A DNA stretch of 64,000 nt. Source: Nitrospira sp. (lineage in GTDB: Bacteria; Nitrospirota; Nitrospiria; Nitrospirales; Nitrospiraceae). The notes beneath the pieces were generated by a model. It was not told the origin of the DNA, did not search any database, and saw nothing but the letters and a program-made list of their open reading frames with translations. How positions within the stretch are numbered: the stretch's first letter is position 1; each line of letters starts with the position of its first letter. The translations under genes were made by a program, and so were the position numbers. The stretch is from positions 3,471,547-3,535,546 of the forward strand of contig CP092081.1 of assembly GCA_022226935.1 (NCBI GenBank). Reading direction: 5' to 3'. Positions 20,727-29,765 of the stretch are shown in pieces.

Positions 20727-21578
20727 ATGACTGAGCTCACATTTCTTTCCAACGTGTTCGACACCTTTCGACGTCGCGGCTGCCCCAGCCTGGCGGCCTC
20801 GTTAGCGTTCTACTCCCTCCTCTCCCTCTTCCCGATGGTGTTCCTGCTGCTATACGGCATTAGTTTCATCGTCAGCCAAGATGTGATCGGCTATCAATTC
20901 CTGCTCGGCTTTCTCAAAGGATTTCTCCCCAGCATGGGCGAGCGCCTCGCCAGGGATATTCGACGGGTCGCGGAGCAGGAAGAGGTGCGCTGGGCCGTCT
21001 TTTTGGCCTTCGGATGGTTCAGCGCACTGGTCTTCTACGAACTGGACTACGCCATGAATACCGTGTTCGGTACGGCCGCCAAGCGGCATCCCTTGATTTC
21101 CACGTTAGTCGCGGTGGCGTTGATCTGGATGCTGGGATTTCTGACGCTCATCTCCTTTGTTGCCACGCAGGCCATCGAGTTACTCACGGCCTATGCTCCC
21201 CGTTTTCTCGGGATGAACCTGGTGGCGATCGCCGCCCATGACTTTCTCCTGACCTATACGCTTCCGTTCCTGCTCGCGTTTGCCTCCGTCACCTGCTTGT
21301 ATCGCTTTCTTCCTCACCAGCGGCCGAACTGGCGAGAGGCGACGATCGGCGGCGCGGTGTTCAGTCTGCTGTGGGTCTCCGCCAAGGTACTCTTCGTCAC
21401 CTATCTAGAAGACGCGGCTGTCTATACCCAGCTGTATGGCTCGCTGCTCGAGGTCGTCCTGTTGATGTTGTGGGTGTACTACTCCTCGGCCCTGGTCCTC
21501 CTCGGAGCCGTGGTCACCTACGAGTGCCAATGCCGACGCCCTGCCCTACTCGATGAATCGGCGACGCTCCCCGGATGA
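20727..21578 (+). CDS. YihY/virulence factor BrkB family membrane protein
   Basis: LAASLAFYSLLSLFP, LYRFLPH, YGSLLEVVLLMLWVYYSS..LLGA; multi-TM. Confidence 0.85.
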   Translation: MTELTFLSNVFDTFRRRGCPSLAASLAFYSLLSLFPMVFLLLYGISFIVSQDVIGYQFLLGFLKGFLPSMGERLARDIRRVAEQEEVRWAVFLAFGWFSALVFYELDYAMNTVFGTAAKRHPLISTLVAVALIWMLGFLTLISFVATQAIELLTAYAPRFLGMNLVAIAAHDFLLTYTLPFLLAFASVTCLYRFLPHQRPNWREATIGGAVFSLLWVSAKVLFVTYLEDAAVYTQLYGSLLEVVLLMLWVYYSSALVLLGAVVTYECQCRRPALLDESATLPG

Positions 21579-21654
21579 CCAGGCAAATTGATCTGTCACA
21601 GAACAGCCGACAGCGTTTTGATGCGGGGGGCCAAAAGGGAAGGAGGCCGTCCGG

Positions 21655-22830
21655 TTACGAAGAAGAGGAGCTCATGCCTGACGGATGGCGCTGCTCAATA
21701 AAGTGTCCGATGGACGCGCGTGTCACCAGACCGAGCAACTCGCCGTCCTGAACCACGACCAATCGTTCGGCCCCGACCGCCATCATCTGCTCTAATGCCT
21801 GCATGGCCGAAAGCTCCGGCGAGACGACCATTTCCTCGCTGGAGGGCTGCATGATATCGGCGACGCGACGAAACGCCCAGAGAGAGTTTTTGACGGTCTG
21901 AATATCGCGAACCGCCACCACGCCCACCAGACGGCCGTCGTGCACCACCGGAAACCCTCCATACCCGTACGGCAGGAAGTATTGGTTCACCGCTTCTTCC
22001 AGCGAGAGTTCCGGAGACAAAGCCACGACATTCCGAACCATGAGTTCGCGGACCGGTACCGATGCCAGCGAAGCGCGAATGGCCGCCTGCTTCCGGCTTC
22101 CACGGGCCGCCGTAAATAGAAAGGCACCCAGCAGGACGATCCACCCTCCACTGCTCGCCAGCGCGCTCGACGCCGTACCTGATAGGGCCCCGAACAGAAG
22201 CAACGCGCCAAACAAGGCAAACGTGACTCCGAACAGCAGCCCGACGAGGGCGGCCTGGCTCGTGGCACGATAATAGTCCTTGCTCCAGGCCCACAGTCCC
22301 GCTCGCAAGGCGCGGCCACCGTCCAGCGGGAAACCGGGAAGCAGATTAAACAAGCCCAACTGCGTATTCACCATACCGAGCAACGTGCCCAAGGCCATCA
22401 GGCCGTGTAGAGACGACTCCGCCGGAAACAATTCTAATATGGCGACCAGCAGGAGAGAGAGTCCTGCCAATATAAAACTGACGACGGGGCCGGCGATTGC
22501 GATCAGGAATTCTGCCCGAGGATGGGGCGGTTCTTTTCGCATCTGCGCCACCCCGCCGAAGATGAACAGCGTAATCTGCCCAATCGGGATGCGGTAGCGC
22601 AGCGCCACCAGCGAATGACCAAGCTCATGCAACAAGACCGAGGCGAACAATAACAAGGCGGACACGCCGCCCATCGCCCAATAGCGAGGCTCGGACAAAC
22701 CGGGCAGCATGTCGGGCAGATACCCGGTCGCCAGCGACCAGGTCATGAACAAAAACACGAACAGCCAGGAGGCATGCACGTGAATGGGAATGCCGAACAT
22801 GCGGCCGATTTTCCAATCCGGACCTTGCAT
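21655..22830 (-). CDS. Site-2 protease (M50) with tandem CBS domains
   Basis: HELGH zinc motif, FNLLPGFPLDGG and C-terminal CBS pair (GFPVVHDGRLVGVV, LVVVQDGELLGLVT). Start set at ATG 22830. Confidence 0.92.
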   Translation of the reverse strand: MQGPDWKIGRMFGIPIHVHASWLFVFLFMTWSLATGYLPDMLPGLSEPRYWAMGGVSALLLFASVLLHELGHSLVALRYRIPIGQITLFIFGGVAQMRKEPPHPRAEFLIAIAGPVVSFILAGLSLLLVAILELFPAESSLHGLMALGTLLGMVNTQLGLFNLLPGFPLDGGRALRAGLWAWSKDYYRATSQAALVGLLFGVTFALFGALLLFGALSGTASSALASSGGWIVLLGAFLFTAARGSRKQAAIRASLASVPVRELMVRNVVALSPELSLEEAVNQYFLPYGYGGFPVVHDGRLVGVVAVRDIQTVKNSLWAFRRVADIMQPSSEEMVVSPELSAMQALEQMMAVGAERLVVVQDGELLGLVTRASIGHFIEQRHPSGMSSSSS

Positions 22831-22901
22831 GGATTCACCGTAGCAGCCACCTGGATAAAGCGTCAACTATCGCGGATGCGCGCCATCGGGTATACTGCGC
22901 C

Positions 22902-23624
22902 ATGCGCCGGACGGACTTGTGGAGCGGGATTGCGGTGATGTGCTGGTTGGTTTTCATCATGGAGGCCGGTCCCTCATCGGCACAGGTCATCAAAGCCGGT
23001 CCAGCCTCTTGCCCTGCCGTGGCGTTGACCTATGATTTGTGCCCCGTTCGCTCCGCCTCCGGGTTCGATCGCGAGTTGGTCGACTACCTCATTGAACATA
23101 AGGTGCCGACGACCTTCTTCATGTCCGGCCGATGGATGATCAAGCACGAGGCCGAGGTGAAACAGCTGCTCGCCGTCCCTTTTTTCGAGATCGGCACACA
23201 CGGCGACATACATGCGCATCTTCCCATGCACGACGTCGAGGAGCAGCAACAGGAAATCATGGGACCGGTGCGGCTTCTCAAGACGAAGTACGGGCGGCCA
23301 GCAACACTGTTTCGTCCACCCTATGGCGAATATAATGACGTGACGGTTGATGCCGTGAAGGCGCTGGGGCTGCGTTTCATTTTGTGGAATATTGAATCGG
23401 GCGACCCCGATCCGTCCCTGAGCGCCGAAGCGATCCTAACCCGTGTGCAGAAACGGCTCAAGCCGGGCAGTGTCATCGTCCTGCATGCCAATGGAAAAGG
23501 CAAACATACCCGGGAAGTGACCCAGGCTCTGGCCGGACACCTTCTGCCCGACAAGGGTCTCATCCCCATGACCGTATCGGATCTTCTGCGATGCAACCAA
23601 TCGACAGTCGCGCCGGCACCATAA
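22902..23624 (+). CDS. Exported polysaccharide deacetylase (NodB/CE4 family)
   Basis: Signal peptide, VALTYD, EIGTHGDIH, LFRPPYG, GSVIVLH. Confidence 0.88.
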   Translation: MRRTDLWSGIAVMCWLVFIMEAGPSSAQVIKAGPASCPAVALTYDLCPVRSASGFDRELVDYLIEHKVPTTFFMSGRWMIKHEAEVKQLLAVPFFEIGTHGDIHAHLPMHDVEEQQQEIMGPVRLLKTKYGRPATLFRPPYGEYNDVTVDAVKALGLRFILWNIESGDPDPSLSAEAILTRVQKRLKPGSVIVLHANGKGKHTREVTQALAGHLLPDKGLIPMTVSDLLRCNQSTVAPAP

Positions 23625-24079
23625 TTCGCGACATGCATGAACGGGATCGCGATGCCGTGATCGCCATCCTGACCGGCTCCGATCCCTGGAAGCGTCTCGG
23701 ATTTAGCGCCTCCGACTGGCTACGCATCTTTGCGCCGCTACCGGCGGGGCGCGACACCTTCATTCTGGACGTAGAAGGGACCGTGGTGGGGATTGCGATC
23801 GTGCGTCGGAAGTTTCTCTTCGGCGATTATCTCGAGTTGCTCGGGATTGCCCCTTCAGCAACAGGCCGTGGGCTAGGCAGTAGTCTGCTGTCCCACGTCG
23901 AATCGCTCACGTTTGCGCGAGCCCCGAACTTGTTTGCTTGCGTCTCGGACTTCAATGAGGCCGCCCGCGCCTTCTATCGCAAGCAGGGCTACAAGGAAAT
24001 CGGACCGATGCCCAATTTTCTGATACCCGGATATGCCGAAATTCTCCTGCGCAAAACAGCCGGCCCGGCGAGGAGATGA
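23591..24079 (+). CDS. GNAT family N-acetyltransferase
   Basis: LGIAPSATGRGLGSSLL (motif A) and NEAARAFYRKQGY (motif B). Confidence 0.88.
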   Translation: MQPIDSRAGTIIRDMHERDRDAVIAILTGSDPWKRLGFSASDWLRIFAPLPAGRDTFILDVEGTVVGIAIVRRKFLFGDYLELLGIAPSATGRGLGSSLLSHVESLTFARAPNLFACVSDFNEAARAFYRKQGYKEIGPMPNFLIPGYAEILLRKTAGPARR

Positions 24080-24145
24080 CGTGACCTCCCAAGGTTCGTT
24101 AGACAGGCGAATCATGCCTTTCAGCAGCCGGTGAACGGGGGAGCG

Positions 24146-24550
24146 ATGAGTATGAAAGTCACCAGACTTCTCCACACGCGCATGCGCGTCAGCGACATGG
24201 ATCAGACTATCCGCTTTTACCAGACCGTGTTAGGCCTGGAAGTGATGGAACGCAAAACATCTCCGCGCGGATCACAGTTGGCGTTCTTAAAAGTCCCCAA
24301 CAGTGAGGAACTCATCGAACTGTGCAGCTTTCCCGCGAGCGGACCGGTGACCGTGCAGGAGGATCTGGTCCATCTCGCCTTCGAGGTCGAAAACCTCGAC
24401 GAGACCATCCGGAGTCTGGAGTCCAACGGCATCCGGATTACCGACGGGCCCACACGCACGTCATCCGGCAGCCGTTTTCTCTTTATCGATGCGCCGGACG
24501 GCTATGAAGTGGAGCTCATCGAACGCCCGCCCGGCACGGCACTCGTGTAA
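24146..24550 (+). CDS. VOC family protein (lactoylglutathione lyase-like)
   Basis: LLHTRMRVSDMDQTIRFY, IELC, VHLAFEVENLD, FIDAPDGYEVELIE. Confidence 0.88.
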   Translation: MSMKVTRLLHTRMRVSDMDQTIRFYQTVLGLEVMERKTSPRGSQLAFLKVPNSEELIELCSFPASGPVTVQEDLVHLAFEVENLDETIRSLESNGIRITDGPTRTSSGSRFLFIDAPDGYEVELIERPPGTALV

Positions 24551-24553
24551 GTC

Positions 24554-24718
24554 GCGTCGTTCGTCCTCCGTGAAACGTCACTCGTCTTTCAACAGCGAAC
24601 GAGGTGCCCCCCCTCACCGGCCCTTCCGCGCCCCACTGCCTGCGCCAACCCATTGACGAATTCAAATCCGCCCAAGTATTGTTCGTTCGCTTCACGTTTC
24701 ACGAGCGACCAACGACGA
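24554..24718. repeat. Two heptamer arrays in inverted orientation bracketing the VOC-dapF gap
   Basis: TCGTTCG TCCTCCG TGAAACG TCACTCG (24557-24584) versus TCGTTCG CTTCACG TTTCACG AGCGACC AACGACG (24683-24717). CGTGAAACGT and ACGTTTCACG are exact reverse complements. Confidence 0.6.
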
Positions 24719-24733
24719 ACAAGGAGAGTGCAG

Positions 24734-25603
24734 ATGAAGAACGGGTTTTTTCGCGGGCACGGACTCGGCAATGACTATGTAGTGATGGACCCCAAGGAGC
24801 TGAGCTTCAGCCTGACCCCCGGAAAAATTCGCGGCATTTGCGACCGTCATTGGGGACTCGGGAGCGACGGGATCCTCGCGCTGGTCCCTTCAAAGAAAGC
24901 CGATTTCGGTCTGCGCATTTACAATCCCGATGGCAGTGAGGCCGAGAAATCCGGCAACGGACTCCGCATCTTCGCCCGCTACCTGCATGCCACCGGCAAA
25001 ACAAAAAAACGCGCGTTCACGGTCGAGACCAAGGGTGGGCTGGTTTCGATCACGCTCCATGTCGATCGCCATGGAGATGCGGCGTCTGCCACGGTGGAAA
25101 TGGGCAGAGCCACCTTTCAACCGTCGGCGCTCCCCTGCACCTTGCCCGTCGAGGAATTGATCCAGGCTCCCATCCAGGCCGCAGGCCGGTCATTGCAATT
25201 TACGGGTGTCAGCGTCGGTAATCCCCACTGCGTGGTGTTCAAAGAAGCCGGCCACACCTGGACGCGTGAAGATCTCCTCACACTCGGACCGGCCCTGGAA
25301 AATCATCCGCTGTTTCCCAAGCGCACCAACGTTCAACTCGCCGTGCCCACCGGGCCAAAAGAAATCTTCATCCTCATTTGGGAACGCGGCGCCGGGGAAA
25401 CCCAGGCTTCAGGCTCCTCCTCCTGCGCGGCAGCCAGCGCCGCCGTGAAGTTGGGGCTCGTGAAGGGGCCGGTCAAGGTCAACATGCCGGGAGGGACGCT
25501 CAACATCGAGGTCGCCAAGGATTTCAGTCTCACGATGAAAGGCCCTGTGGCGGAAGTGGCCAGGGGCAGCCTGAGTCCGTCGTTTGTGCGAGGACTTCGC
25601 TGA
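24734..25603 (+). CDS. dapF: Diaminopimelate epimerase family protein with Ser/Ser in place of the catalytic Cys/Cys
   Basis: GHGLGNDY, RHWGLGSDG, YNPDGSEAEKSGNGLR, VSVGNPHCV, FPKRTNVQ, WERGAGETQASGSSSCAA. Start set at ATG 24734 behind AAGGAG. Confidence 0.85.
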   Translation: MKNGFFRGHGLGNDYVVMDPKELSFSLTPGKIRGICDRHWGLGSDGILALVPSKKADFGLRIYNPDGSEAEKSGNGLRIFARYLHATGKTKKRAFTVETKGGLVSITLHVDRHGDAASATVEMGRATFQPSALPCTLPVEELIQAPIQAAGRSLQFTGVSVGNPHCVVFKEAGHTWTREDLLTLGPALENHPLFPKRTNVQLAVPTGPKEIFILIWERGAGETQASGSSSCAAASAAVKLGLVKGPVKVNMPGGTLNIEVAKDFSLTMKGPVAEVARGSLSPSFVRGLR

Positions 25604-25607
25604 ACCA

Positions 25608-25727
25608 GGGTGCTGAAACATTCCGCCAGCTTCGTTCTCGCATCGCTCAGAGCCTCAACGTACCGCAAGCGTACGACTCGGCTCTTCACTCGCTGCGGCC
25701 TGACTGGACGGTCTTTGTGAGCATCCC
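25608..25727. mobile_element. ~120-bp MITE-like element with imperfect terminal inverted repeats
   Basis: Left GGGTGCTGAAACATTCCG; right end reverse complement GGGATGCTCACAAAGACCG. No ORF. Resembles, from recall only, IS5/IS1182-type ends and a repeat seen in Nitrospira genomes. Confidence 0.6.
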
Positions 25728-25838
25728 GTGATGGTTTGTGACCCTGCCTTTCACACCCGCCCGTCCGGCATGTTAATGCTCCCGCGTTCTGGAGCGATCC
25801 GGCGAGTTCCTGGTATCCTGGCAGAAGACGGTTGATGC

Positions 25839-27647
25839 ATGACAACGGATCTCCTTCAATCCAAGCTCGACCATCTCTCCGTACAACCGGGCTGTTACAT
25901 CTTCCGGAATGCGAAGAGAGAGATTCTCTATGTCGGCAAAGCTGCCGTGCTGGCAGACCGGGTGCGCTCCTATTTCCAGAAGGGGAACGACCAGACCCCC
26001 AAGACCAGCCTGCTGGTCAGCGAAGTCGCCGACCTCGAAACCATCGTCACCCGTTCCGAGCTGGAAGCGCTGATCCTCGAAAGCAATCTGATCAAGCGGC
26101 ATCGGCCGCGCTTTAATATCGTCCTGCGCGACGACAAACAATATCCCTATCTCCGGTTGCCGATCAAAGAACCGTTCCCCCGCCTGTCCATTGTCCGGCG
26201 CGTCCAAAAAGACGGAGCGCTCTATTACGGTCCCTATACGCCGGCCGGAGCTCTCCGCGAGACGTTGAAAGTCATTCGGAAAGCGTTTCCGCTGGCCACG
26301 TGTGAGATCGACATCGACGGCCGGGCTGAGCGGGCCTGTATCGAGTTTGAAATCAAACGATGTATGGCGCCTTGCACCGGCAATCAGTCCCGTGAGGACT
26401 ATCATGTGATCGTCAAACAAGTTCGTCAATTTCTTGAAGGCCGGGACCGCGAACTCCTCGACAGCCTGCGCCAGGATATGGAATCGGCGGCGGAACGGGA
26501 GGAGTTCGAGGAAGCCGCCCGTCTGCGGGATCGCCTCTTTAGCGTCGAACGTACGCTCGAGAAACAGCGGATTACCCAAGTCACAACATCAGACCAGGAC
26601 GTGATCGGGATCGCACGGCAGGGCACGGCCGCAGACCTGCAACTCCTGTTCGTGCGCGGTGGTCTCCTGATCGGCCGAAAAGATTTCTTCTGGCCGCAGT
26701 CCGCCGACTCCCCTGACGAGGAACTCGTCCGGTCCGCCATCGAGCAGTTTTATAACAAGGACGGGCAGCCGCCGAAGGAACTGCTGGTCCCGACCGACCT
26801 CGTCGACGCCTCGCTGATCGAGCAATGGCTGAGTGAGAAACGCGGCGAGACGGTGCGCCTCCTCACCCCCGAACGAGGCACGAAACATCAACTGGTGCTG
26901 CTCGCAGAAGAAAATGCTGCCGCTGCCATTGCCGACCATCTGCGGAACGAAGCCATCGATCGGCAGGCCACGGCCGAACTCAAACGCCTGCTTCGGCTCG
27001 ATGCCGTGCCTCGTCGTATCGAAGGGTTTGATATCTCCAACATCATGGGCAATCAATCGGTCGCTTCCCTGGTCGTCTGGGAAGACGGGCAGGCAAAAAA
27101 ATCCGACTATCGCAAGTTCCGTATTCAGACGGTGGAAGGCGCCAACGACTTTGCCAGCATGCAGGAAGCGGTGATGCGGCGATATGGTGCCGCGGAAGAT
27201 CTTGCTCGCCCGGATCTGATTCTGATCGACGGCGGCTTAGGCCAATTGAGTGCCGCGCTCGAAGGATTGAAACAGGTCGGCCAGGAGCAGATTCCGATCA
27301 TGGGCTTAGCAAAAGCGCGGGGGGAAAAAGAGGAACGGATCTTTCTGCCCGGCCGCAAAAACCCCATCCTGCTGCGCCCGACTTCACCCGCCACGCATCT
27401 CGTTCAACGGATTCGTGACGAAGCCCACCGGTTTGCCATCACGTATCACCGGAACTTGCGGGGCAAAGCCTTGCTCGCCTCCGAGCTCGACCAGATTGCC
27501 GGCATCGGTAAGGTCCGGCGCAACCGCCTCTTGAAACAGTTTGGGAGCCTTCAGCACGTGGCCGCCGCGACCGACGAGCAACTCAAATCGGCCGGTCTCG
27601 ATGCCGCCACCGTCGCCGCATTACGTAAAGCCCTCACCCCTGCCTGA
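25839..27647 (+). CDS. uvrC: Excinuclease ABC subunit C
   Basis: GIY-YIG (GCYIFRN..ILYVGKA), UVR (EEFEEAARLRD), RIEGFDISNI, DLILIDGGLGQL, IRDEAHRFAI and C-terminal HhH. Confidence 0.98.
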   Translation: MTTDLLQSKLDHLSVQPGCYIFRNAKREILYVGKAAVLADRVRSYFQKGNDQTPKTSLLVSEVADLETIVTRSELEALILESNLIKRHRPRFNIVLRDDKQYPYLRLPIKEPFPRLSIVRRVQKDGALYYGPYTPAGALRETLKVIRKAFPLATCEIDIDGRAERACIEFEIKRCMAPCTGNQSREDYHVIVKQVRQFLEGRDRELLDSLRQDMESAAEREEFEEAARLRDRLFSVERTLEKQRITQVTTSDQDVIGIARQGTAADLQLLFVRGGLLIGRKDFFWPQSADSPDEELVRSAIEQFYNKDGQPPKELLVPTDLVDASLIEQWLSEKRGETVRLLTPERGTKHQLVLLAEENAAAAIADHLRNEAIDRQATAELKRLLRLDAVPRRIEGFDISNIMGNQSVASLVVWEDGQAKKSDYRKFRIQTVEGANDFASMQEAVMRRYGAAEDLARPDLILIDGGLGQLSAALEGLKQVGQEQIPIMGLAKARGEKEERIFLPGRKNPILLRPTSPATHLVQRIRDEAHRFAITYHRNLRGKALLASELDQIAGIGKVRRNRLLKQFGSLQHVAAATDEQLKSAGLDAATVAALRKALTPA

Positions 27648-27882
27648 TGCGACGCTTCGCAGCCTATCCTTGATTGTATGCGGTTCGATACACCCGTATC
27701 TAAATGGGTACGGTTGCGCGGCCCCGCCGGTCGACTGCCGATTTGAGACACGCATATTTTCCCCTTGCGCCACAGGGATTTCATCGTTACGCTGGCGCCG
27801 CATGGCAATCTACGTATCAGGTACGTAGATTGCCTTTCCTTCCGATAGCGCCGAACGATTTCGCTGACCAGGAGGCATCCCG

Positions 27883-28524
27883 ATGAGGATGTGGCCCATC
27901 ACCGGTATACTGACCCTCGTCCTTCTTTCCGCCTGCACGACCCCGCCGGAAATCAAACAGGCACTCGCGACGAAAGACCACGCGTACGCAGAAAATGAAC
28001 GGCTCATGCAGCAGTATCGCGAGCTCGTCAGCCGCATCACGACGCGTCATCAGCTCTGGTACCGCTATGTTCAGACCCGCCTGAAATTGAACTTGGCGCT
28101 GCAGTGGGCCACCACCAATCCGCGACTCATCGAGGTGGCAGATCCCGACCTGGCACAGGACGATGCCGCGCTGCTGGGTCCCGACGTGATGGCGGTGGTG
28201 AACCACATCCGCCTGAAGTCCTTGCCGGAACGCAAAGGGCCGACCGGGCAGCCCGTCTTCATGGCCGGCACAGGCGACATGAGCAATCTGGTTCAGAACC
28301 TGCCTGAGTTGATCAGCACGGTTGAACGGTTGGTGGAGCAGGACGCAAAGAAGCCCGCCGCTCTCGACCTGTCTGCCTTCGACCGGTATCGTACCAACGT
28401 CCAGGCTCTCCGCCGGATCAACGGTACCATCAAACACTATCTCGATATCGATGTCACCCTCGACCGGGGCGAGGTTCAATCCTTGGCCGAGGCGCTGCAG
28501 CAGACTGGAAGGAGCCTCCGATGA
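27883..28524 (+). CDS. Hypothetical lipoprotein, predicted alpha-helical
   Basis: Lipobox LSAC after a hydrophobic core. ATGA overlap with the next ORF. Confidence 0.75.
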   Translation: MRMWPITGILTLVLLSACTTPPEIKQALATKDHAYAENERLMQQYRELVSRITTRHQLWYRYVQTRLKLNLALQWATTNPRLIEVADPDLAQDDAALLGPDVMAVVNHIRLKSLPERKGPTGQPVFMAGTGDMSNLVQNLPELISTVERLVEQDAKKPAALDLSAFDRYRTNVQALRRINGTIKHYLDIDVTLDRGEVQSLAEALQQTGRSLR

Positions 28525-29231
28525 TCGGACGCCACGTCTCCTTACTCACACTCCTCGGGCTGCTCGTCGCGGCCCCAGGATGCCACTCGATCCACAGCGG
28601 ATCTGTCCGCGACCTCATCCAGCTCGAAGGCACCAAGATCGATGCCGCTCAAACCAACATCGATACCTTTCAGAAGGAGACAGAAGAGCGTATCAAGCTG
28701 CTGGAGAAGGCACGCGCTGAATTGCATCAGAGTTATAAAGATCTGCAAACCGTCGAAGCCAAACATCGCTTTGCTCTTGGCGCTTTTCGCCAGGCGACGA
28801 ACAAAAAAGGCGAAGCCGCCTATGCCGCAGCTTACCTCCTCAGCCTGATTCACATGGCTGAGGCCCAGGGCTTGGAGAAGGCGGTCTGGGATCAGTTCGA
28901 AGAGGACTTTTGCGGACTGCGGGATACGGCCAATGCCTTGAACGACTCCTGGAAACAGACCGCCACCCTGCACGCAGAACTCCAGCGTTTTGCCAAAAAA
29001 TCCGCCCTGGCTTCCGTGGACCCCGAACTCGTCAGCGCCCTGATGGACCAGGCGCCAGGCGGCTCGGAACGGATCATGGAGATCCTCGACCATTCCCGCA
29101 CCGTCAATGACGCGCTTGAGGAAGTGGTCGGGGCTCGGATTCTTCGCATCGGCGGATTGGACCGGGCGCAGAGCATGACCGCCGATCTCGTGGAACTCCT
29201 CGACCGCATGCAACGGGAAGAGAGACAGTAA
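28521..29231 (+). CDS. Hypothetical lipoprotein, coiled-coil-like
   Basis: Signal with APGC lipobox-like motif, heptad-rich EK/A helices, translational coupling. Confidence 0.75.
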   Translation: MIGRHVSLLTLLGLLVAAPGCHSIHSGSVRDLIQLEGTKIDAAQTNIDTFQKETEERIKLLEKARAELHQSYKDLQTVEAKHRFALGAFRQATNKKGEAAYAAAYLLSLIHMAEAQGLEKAVWDQFEEDFCGLRDTANALNDSWKQTATLHAELQRFAKKSALASVDPELVSALMDQAPGGSERIMEILDHSRTVNDALEEVVGARILRIGGLDRAQSMTADLVELLDRMQREERQ

Positions 29232-29242
29232 CGGAGGCCTCC

Positions 29243-29764
29243 ATGAACCGCAGCATCGAGGGTGTAGTCACCTTTCTTCAGGACAACGACAATCTGATCA
29301 AGCAGCTGATGGAGACCGCCGAGTCCGCCACGACGGAGATCGAGCAATTGGCGACACAGGTCGATCATGCCCGGGACGAGGCTCAGGTGTTGGTGGATCA
29401 ACTGGGCGCGGCAGAGTTCAGCATCGGACGGGAAGACGACACCAAGGTGCGCCAGACTGCCCTGCTGGAAGCGGTAGCAACGCTGCGAAAGAAATTCGAG
29501 ACCTATAAAAACGATCCCTTGCGGCGGGGCATCTATGCAGCCGAGATTGCCAACCTGTATCTGCAGCTAGCCAATACCTTCAACAACGAAACCGTCGCTC
29601 GTATCGTCCCGTTCGAAGCCGACGAAGTCGCGACCTACAAGGATCTGCTGAATAAAGCGATCCTGGACGCGGCCACTCGCAAGCGGCGCGCTGCCACTAT
29701 CAAGGCCGCCGCGAACATCTCCAAATTGGCTCTTGGTGTAGCCGGGAAGCTGGCTTTGGTGTGA
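29243..29764 (+). CDS. Hypothetical all-helical protein with hydrophobic C-terminal helix
   Basis: GGAGG SD, no signal peptide, ends AANISKLALGVAGKLALV, tight operon spacing. Confidence 0.75.
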   Translation: MNRSIEGVVTFLQDNDNLIKQLMETAESATTEIEQLATQVDHARDEAQVLVDQLGAAEFSIGREDDTKVRQTALLEAVATLRKKFETYKNDPLRRGIYAAEIANLYLQLANTFNNETVARIVPFEADEVATYKDLLNKAILDAATRKRRAATIKAAANISKLALGVAGKLALV

Positions 29765-29765
29765 C

